NCBI GenBank assembly: GCA_046292385.1
Contig: JBKBRF010000001.1
Span: 95,305 to 159,304 of the forward strand
DNA from: Armatimonadota bacterium
GTDB lineage: Bacteria; Armatimonadota; SYMT01
DNA length: 64,000 nt
Direction of reading: 5' to 3'
Below, piece after piece: positions 57,986-64,000 of this stretch. Below the pieces are notes generated by a model. The model made no database searches. It was given only the letters and a program-made list of their open reading frames with translations, and was not told the DNA's origin. A program made the translations under genes and the position numbers. Numbering within the stretch: the stretch's first letter is position 1; each line of letters opens with the position of its first letter.

Positions 57986-58792
57986 ATGCGTATCTTGGTC
58001 ATCACGTCAAATCAGCGTCGTCACGCTTACGTTGCCAGCCAATTGTCGAAGTCGCTAGACGTAGTCGGGGTCGTCAGCGAGAGCAAATCGCCGGGGAGCA
58101 ATGGTGCCGAGCTCGACGCTGAGGATCAGGCAGCCATCTCTGAGCACTTCCGAGAGCGGGATGCGGTTGAGACGGCCCTACTCGGATCGGTAATTGACTG
58201 GCCGGATACCCCGATGCTAACACCGGATGCCGGTGGAGTGAACTCGCCACGTGTGGCGGAGTGGGTTTATACCAAAGATCCCGACTTCGTGGTGCTCTAT
58301 GGCTCGAGTATCGTTGAGGACCCGCTGCTGTCGCACTATCACGGGCGTATCATCAACATCCATCTCGGGTTAAGCCCCTACTATCGCGGCTCCGGTACCA
58401 ATTTCTGGCCGTTAGTCCACCGTCGGCCGGAATGTGTAGGCGCCACGATCCACATCGCGGTACCAGAAGTAGATGCTGGCGGTATCCTGGCCCAGGTTCG
58501 CCCGGGCGCGGAAGTGCAAGACCGCGCGCACGAGTTGGGAACAAAGACGATCGTGGCCGCCACGAACCTGCTCCCCCAGGTAATCTGGGGTTATGCGTGT
58601 GGTCAGGTCCATCCAGTTCGGCAGGATCTTTCGACCGGCCGGGTGTTCCGAACACGAGACTTCAACGCTGGGGCCTTGCGGACGATGTGGGGCCACTTTG
58701 GTTCCGGGATGGTGAAGGAATACCTAGACCAGCAGGAGCAGCGTCACGCACACACTCCGATTATAGAATTGGCGGGGAATCCTGGATTGTGA
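57986..58792 (+). CDS. Formyltransferase-family protein
   Basis: INIHLGLSPYYRG.GTNFW, GATIH, VDAGGIL. Confidence 0.87.
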   Translation: MRILVITSNQRRHAYVASQLSKSLDVVGVVSESKSPGSNGAELDAEDQAAISEHFRERDAVETALLGSVIDWPDTPMLTPDAGGVNSPRVAEWVYTKDPDFVVLYGSSIVEDPLLSHYHGRIINIHLGLSPYYRGSGTNFWPLVHRRPECVGATIHIAVPEVDAGGILAQVRPGAEVQDRAHELGTKTIVAATNLLPQVIWGYACGQVHPVRQDLSTGRVFRTRDFNAGALRTMWGHFGSGMVKEYLDQQEQRHAHTPIIELAGNPGL

Positions 58793-58956
58793 GGCTCGCT
58801 GCTGGCGATACCGACCATTCGCGTTCGGTCAGTCGTGGATTCAAGAGCTCACCTCGACTTCGGACCCAATGGATCTCGCTTGCGCTGCGCGTCCACGCTA
58901 CAATGCGGCAGTAAACCATCCGAACGTTCAATCTTGTCAGGAAGAGTATTCAGCAA

Positions 58957-60408
58957 ATGAGTGTCTGCAGCGAGCGGGCGGATGAGCGGGCCCAGGTGAG
59001 AGGAGAGTCAGGAATCGTCCTGATCCTCCCTCGTGGGGAGGCGATCAGGAATTTCGTGTACTCCGGAGTCTCAAGGTGGATCGAAGATAAGCTCCCGGCT
59101 ACGATACTGTCAGTGTTTCCGAATGAGCAAATCGTGAACCATCTGCGAGATCGTAACGCGGATGTGCGTGAGCTAGTGGCGGATGAAGGCGTCTCCGCTG
59201 CTTCCTATGTTCGAGAGATCCTGGACGTAGCGCATGGACGGCGGCTTTGGTCGGAAGCGGCGAAGGAGCGATGGAGACTGCGAGATATCGAAGCCATAAC
59301 GCCCGCCGCACGGGTGAAGCGACTCGGCAAGAAGCTGCTGTGCTCGATCTTCGCGAATCAAAACGGACTTGAGCTCCTTTCTCATCTGGAGCACCGTCTC
59401 TCCAACAGCGAGGTCGTTCGATCTTATCGCGAGTACTTCCGAGCAAGCCGTCCTCGGCTGGTATTCAATGGATCCCACGTCCACAGTAAAGCCGCGCTCG
59501 CAGCGGTCCACGCCGCCAAGTCGCTAGGTATTCCTACCGCAACGTTTCTCTTCTCCTGGGACAATCTCACCTCGCAGGGGCGTATTATTCCTACGTATGA
59601 TTACTATCTTGTCTGGAACGACCAGATCAAGGATCAGCTATTGGAGATCTATCCCCGCATTGCGCCGAGCCAGGTAATCGTGACCGGGACCCCTCAATTC
59701 GATTTTCATCTAGATCCCGCCCTCTATTGGAGTCGGGAGAAACTCTGCCGAGAGTTAGACCTCGATCCCTCTCGTCCGATCGTCCTCTATTCCACCGGGA
59801 TGGCCAATCATATTGCTGGGGAGGAAGTGATCATCGAGGCAATTGCGGATATGCTCGCGCAGATGAGCGACCTCGGTCCACCGCAACTGCTTGTTCGCGA
59901 GTACGCCAAGGGGCCGAGCGATCACCTGGACGACTTGAAGCGTCGTCGCTCCGACATTCGGTTTCCGCGAGTCAGATGGGAGAAGCAGTGGCTCACTCCC
60001 GAGCCGGAAGATGTTCCCCTGCTTACGAACACTCTCAAGTACGCCGACGTTGGGATCAACGTCGCCTCCACCATCTCGCTGGAACTGTGTATGTTCGATG
60101 TTCCGGTCATCAACGTGTCGTATATCGGGCGCGGCGTGAAAGTAGTCTTCGATTATCGCCGGTACTACGAGTTCGAGCATTACCGGCCACTGGTCGAAAG
60201 TGGTGCAATCGACGTAGTCAGGGATGAGAACCGGATGCCGCAGGCGATCCGAGAAGCTCTCACGCAGCGCGCAGCCCGCAGCGCGCAGAGGATCGCTCTC
60301 GTGGAGCAGATGTTCGGTCCTACGCTGGACGGAAAGTCGGGCCAGCGGGTTGCGGAAGCACTGCTGCGTTTGGCGACGGCGGATAACCGGGAGAGCGCTT
60401 TGCGATGA
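58957..60408 (+). CDS. Second SWDN-type GT-B glycosyltransferase
   Basis: SWDNLTSQ, YLVWN, TGTPQFD, ASTISLE...DVPVIN; paralogue of 55194-56747. Confidence 0.75.
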   Translation: MSVCSERADERAQVRGESGIVLILPRGEAIRNFVYSGVSRWIEDKLPATILSVFPNEQIVNHLRDRNADVRELVADEGVSAASYVREILDVAHGRRLWSEAAKERWRLRDIEAITPAARVKRLGKKLLCSIFANQNGLELLSHLEHRLSNSEVVRSYREYFRASRPRLVFNGSHVHSKAALAAVHAAKSLGIPTATFLFSWDNLTSQGRIIPTYDYYLVWNDQIKDQLLEIYPRIAPSQVIVTGTPQFDFHLDPALYWSREKLCRELDLDPSRPIVLYSTGMANHIAGEEVIIEAIADMLAQMSDLGPPQLLVREYAKGPSDHLDDLKRRRSDIRFPRVRWEKQWLTPEPEDVPLLTNTLKYADVGINVASTISLELCMFDVPVINVSYIGRGVKVVFDYRRYYEFEHYRPLVESGAIDVVRDENRMPQAIREALTQRAARSAQRIALVEQMFGPTLDGKSGQRVAEALLRLATADNRESALR

Positions 60409-60627
60409 GCTCTCGCGTTGCGGCGACCGCGGGGCATCCCGGGTTTAGCTCGCAGGGCGGATTGCCGACTTCTTTGTGACGAGTCGCCCCCGGCGGGGCG
60501 AAGGTACGGGTTGGGTTTGCGAGCTCCCGGGCGCGTGATGAGGTTTCCGTGAGCGTGGAGGCCACTTCAGCGGCGGTCCAGCCGCGGTTTATCCGGCATT
60601 CCGGCGTCCACACTGCCGCAGCGCCGT

Positions 60628-61398
60628 ATGGGTGATTCTATGAATGCGACCGACGTTCTGCTTTGTCGCCTCTGGTATGGGCCGTATCGGAGACCATTCC
60701 GCTACCTGATGCGTCGGCTTCGCGGCCCGCGACCGAGCGTCTTCCGCGGTCCGCTGCGGGGCAGGGTGCTGACCGGGCACGGCGAGGCCTGGGGAACCGG
60801 CCTTTGCGAACTCCATATCCAGGAGACGATCTGGGAGGCGCTCCCGCCAGGCGGAGTTTACTACGACGTCGGCGCGAACAACGGGTTCTTTAGCTTGTTG
60901 GCAGCGGCGCGAGTCGGGACGGATGGCGCCTTTTTCTCGTTCGAGCCACTGCCGGAGAACGGCGTGAGCGCGTGCGAGCTGATCAGCGCCGCCGTGTCCG
61001 ACCGGGTGGGGCGAATGACGCTGTACCTGGTGCATGACGGCAGCCATGCCACCCCGTCCCTGCTCGAGCGCTCGGATTGCGGGCGCCTGGACGTGGCGAC
61101 CACTACGCTGGATGAGTTTGCGGCCGGTCACCGTCAGCCGGATGCCGTCAAGATCGACGTGGAGGGCGCGGAAGCGATGGTGCTGGCGGGGGCTACTCGC
61201 TTGATGACGGGAGCAGCTCCACCGGTATTCGTGATCGAGCTCCACGGTCCGAAGCAGCGCGAGGCGTGTCTCGGAATCTTGCACCGCCACCGCTGTAGTG
61301 AGGAAGCTAGAACGCCTCCCGTGTCAAGAGCGCAAGGCTTCCCGATACACGTCGTCGCTGGGCCCCAACGTCTCGTTGAGAGCAGCACGTTCGGATAA
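60628..61398 (+). CDS. FkbM-family methyltransferase (apparent short internal deletion)
   Basis: YDVGANNG, FEP, TLDE, KIDVEGAE..VL.GA, IELH. Confidence 0.85.
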   Translation: MGDSMNATDVLLCRLWYGPYRRPFRYLMRRLRGPRPSVFRGPLRGRVLTGHGEAWGTGLCELHIQETIWEALPPGGVYYDVGANNGFFSLLAAARVGTDGAFFSFEPLPENGVSACELISAAVSDRVGRMTLYLVHDGSHATPSLLERSDCGRLDVATTTLDEFAAGHRQPDAVKIDVEGAEAMVLAGATRLMTGAAPPVFVIELHGPKQREACLGILHRHRCSEEARTPPVSRAQGFPIHVVAGPQRLVESSTFG

Positions 61399-61432
61399 CG
61401 CAGCTCATGGAATCGCCCGTGCCAGTTTTGCT

Positions 61433-62713
61433 ATGAACCAGTCAAAGGTGCTATACACTGCCTTCGGTATGGTGGCCGCCACCGGAGGGGGGAAGACGCG
61501 GGCGATCTCGGAGGCGCTGCAACTTCGGAAGTACGGGATAGAGCCCAGGATCGCGTGCTTCGTGCCATGCCACGTCTATGTCTCGCTCTACCGGGAGCTC
61601 TCTCGACGTAAGGCGCGCATGGCTCGGGATGCCAACTGCGCGGTCCACTACTTCCCCAGGATTCCCGGCACCCGGTATCCCTTCCTCTCCTGGCTAAACG
61701 ATTGGCTGTGTGCGCTGGCGGTTCTGGTGCTGTGCTGGCGCCACGGAATCGGGATCGTGCACGGCCATAGCTTCCGACCGACACTCTTCGGATTGCTTGC
61801 CCGGAAGCTGCACCGTCGTCTGCACGTGATAGGGGATATCCACGGTGCGGCCGCGGCCGAATACGCCTACGAAACCGGCGACGCGACTGACCCCGGCGTG
61901 CTCCGGAGACTCGAAGCGCTCGAGAAGTACGTCTTCCTCAATGCCGATTGGCTGATCCTGGTCTCGGCAGGGATGCGGGACCATTACCGGAAGAAGCTCG
62001 GCGCCGACTTTGACAACTATACCGTGATTCCCTCCGCAGTGGATCGGGGATTCAGCCGGGATCCCGAGCGTCGTGCCGCGCTGCGAAGCGAGTATGGCGT
62101 GAGCGGTAAGACGGTTTTCTGCTACCTCGGCTCGGCAGAGAGCTATCAGTTGGGGAAGGAGATGTGTGAGCTCTTCACCCGTTTTCACGCCCTCAATCCC
62201 GACACGTATCTGCTGGTGCTTTCTAATGATCCGGCAGCGTTTGTCCGTATTCTCCAGGCTCGCGGAGTAAGTGAGGACGTGTACCGGGCGATGTCCGTAC
62301 CTCACGATCAGGTTTTCGACCTCGTGCAAATGGCGGACGTCGGGTTCTTACTGCGATCCGATTCGCCTGTTAACCGGGTTTCGTCGCCTACCAAGTTCGC
62401 GGAGTACTGTCTTTGCGGCGTCCCGGTAATCATCACCGATTACGTCGGAGACTTCAGCGGCATCGTCCGTGGGGAGAACATTGGTTGGAACCTGGACCTC
62501 GAAGGTCCGCCTTCCAACGCTGAACTGCTGGAAATCCTACAGGGAGTTTCCGCTTCCCGCCAAGAGTATGCGGAGCGTTGTCAAAGGTATGTCCAGGAGC
62601 GGCTTACCTGGGAGAGCCACGGGCATCACCTCGCTTCGATTCACCACCGATTGGAAGGGCGGGACCTGCCGGCTCCTCGGGAGGCGGATCTGTCCGCCGG
62701 GAGTCGGTCCTGA
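61433..62713 (+). CDS. Glycosyltransferase (GT4-like)
   Basis: DIHG...E, VS..M, YLGS...YQ, N.VSSPTKFAEY..CGVPVI. Confidence 0.87.
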   Translation: MNQSKVLYTAFGMVAATGGGKTRAISEALQLRKYGIEPRIACFVPCHVYVSLYRELSRRKARMARDANCAVHYFPRIPGTRYPFLSWLNDWLCALAVLVLCWRHGIGIVHGHSFRPTLFGLLARKLHRRLHVIGDIHGAAAAEYAYETGDATDPGVLRRLEALEKYVFLNADWLILVSAGMRDHYRKKLGADFDNYTVIPSAVDRGFSRDPERRAALRSEYGVSGKTVFCYLGSAESYQLGKEMCELFTRFHALNPDTYLLVLSNDPAAFVRILQARGVSEDVYRAMSVPHDQVFDLVQMADVGFLLRSDSPVNRVSSPTKFAEYCLCGVPVIITDYVGDFSGIVRGENIGWNLDLEGPPSNAELLEILQGVSASRQEYAERCQRYVQERLTWESHGHHLASIHHRLEGRDLPAPREADLSAGSRS

Positions 62714-62719
62714 GCAGTC

Positions 62720-63901
62720 ATGGCAACGCTGGTCGTCTATTCCCACAAGCTGTGCTGGCGAGACCCCGCCTCGCCGTCCGGGTATTCCACAGACGGCGCA
62801 TTTCCGATGCAGATGCGGGCGATCTCGGAGTTGTTCGACTCCACGGTCCTGGTCGTCCCGTGCGAGACGCGTGCATCGGTCGCCGGGCTCTCACCCATCA
62901 CCGGCCATCGGCTTTCCGTGGTGCCGCTAACGCGCCCAGCCGGCGCCGGCTTGTCGCGGAAGCTCCGCATACCAGCCTGGTTGCTAGGCAATCTCCGGCC
63001 GATAGCGCGGGAGCTCCGACGGGCCGACGCGGTGCACGCGCCCATCCCCGGCGACATCGGGACGATCGGCATGCTCCTGGCGCACGGGTGTCGCAAGCGG
63101 CTTTTCGTGCGTTACTGTGGCAACTGGCTCGGCCCACGCACGCGGGCGGAGCATTTCTGGCTCTGGTTCATGCAGCGGTACGCGGGCGGGCGCAACGTGA
63201 TGCTGGCGACCGGCGGGGCCGTGGAGCCGCCCTCGGCGGAAAACGCCGAGGTCCGGTGGATCTTCTCTACCAGCCTCACCGAAGCTCAACTGGCCGCGTG
63301 CCGTGTAGAGCGACGGGCGCCTCAGGACGGTCGTCTACGCCTGATCATCGCCGCACGCCAGGATCCGGGGAAGGGAACGGATCTGGTGATCAGGGCCCTT
63401 CCGGAGATTGCCCGGTCGTTCCCGAAAGTTACGTTCGACGTGGTGGGAGACGGCTCAGGTCTCTCCGATCTCGGGGAGCTGGCGAAGCAGCTCGGCGTGG
63501 CAGAGCGGGTGCGGTTTCACGGCCGGCTCGATCAGCTATCCGTGCTGGCGAGACTGAAGGAAGCGGATCTCTTCTGTTTCCCTACCCGCTCCGAAGGCTT
63601 CCCGAAGGCGGTGCTGGAGGCGCTGGCATGCGGGCTCCCGGTGGTCACGACTCCGGTCTCCGTGCTTCCGCTGCTGATCGGCACCGGCTGCGGCAAGCTC
63701 GTGGAGCCGACTCCGGCGGGGGTGGCGGAAGGTATCCTGGGGTGCGCCTCGGTTCCAGCTACGTACGAGAGTCTTTCCGCTCAAGCGATGCGCACTGCCG
63801 CCGACTATTCGTTGGAGCGGTGGCGCGACACCATCGGAGCATTGCTTCAAGCGAGTTGGAAGTGCGAGCTAAGAGCCGTCGAGCCGGAGCGCGGCGGGTA
63901 A
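62720..63901 (+). CDS. Glycosyltransferase family 4
   Basis: KGTD, VGDG, SEGFPKAVLEALACGLPVV (E-x7-E motif). Confidence 0.9.
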   Translation: MATLVVYSHKLCWRDPASPSGYSTDGAFPMQMRAISELFDSTVLVVPCETRASVAGLSPITGHRLSVVPLTRPAGAGLSRKLRIPAWLLGNLRPIARELRRADAVHAPIPGDIGTIGMLLAHGCRKRLFVRYCGNWLGPRTRAEHFWLWFMQRYAGGRNVMLATGGAVEPPSAENAEVRWIFSTSLTEAQLAACRVERRAPQDGRLRLIIAARQDPGKGTDLVIRALPEIARSFPKVTFDVVGDGSGLSDLGELAKQLGVAERVRFHGRLDQLSVLARLKEADLFCFPTRSEGFPKAVLEALACGLPVVTTPVSVLPLLIGTGCGKLVEPTPAGVAEGILGCASVPATYESLSAQAMRTAADYSLERWRDTIGALLQASWKCELRAVEPERGG

Positions 63902-64000
63902 TCAGCGGACCGGACGTCCGGACACGGTGCGAAGCAAGGCTGGTTTTCGTGCCGGGTAGGAAGGCATTCCACGGACACTCCAGGCGGTCGCTGCGCAGTA

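Noticed and set aside
1..64000. CRISPR arrays, tRNA/rRNA, transposases, integrases
   Set aside because: No regularly spaced repeats, cloverleaf or rRNA signatures, or DDE/tyrosine-recombinase motifs were recognised by eye; a covariance search could still find small RNAs.

Overview
This is a GC-rich bacterial window. An H-X9-DG-CTERM remnant hints at an Armatimonadota/PVC-type host, which is inference only. It has three blocks. (1) 1-23165, minus strand: a membrane-fusion protein and RND pump, then a predicted leaderless operon. That operon encodes a small basic protein, an ABC1/UbiB-family kinase, a second small basic protein, a type II thioesterase and two modular type I PKS genes. PKS-1 is ACP-KS-AT-cMT-ACP-KS-AT-DH-ER-KR-ACP. 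PKS-2 runs off the window and begins with an unusual AT-less, KR-less KS-DH(degenerate)-ER-ACP module. (2) 23546-30893: an Fe-S-type Rrf2 regulator flanked by two copies of the palindrome AAWWGAGGA-N8-TCCTCWWTT. One copy precedes a leftward operon of a DoxX-like protein, a membrane protein and a GH1-like+DUF362 fusion. The other precedes a rightward cupredoxin-like protein and a PQQ alcohol dehydrogenase carrying the lanthanide-type DYD motif. (3) 30971-63901: a divergent GHMP sugar kinase and a large surface-polysaccharide locus. The locus combines Wzc/Wza with Wzm/Wzt, has both a neuBCA set and a complete pseBCFGHI set, and adds three candidate nonulosonate transferases plus tailoring enzymes. 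No tRNA, rRNA, CRISPR array or transposase was recognised. Family names come from motif recognition, not from database searches.
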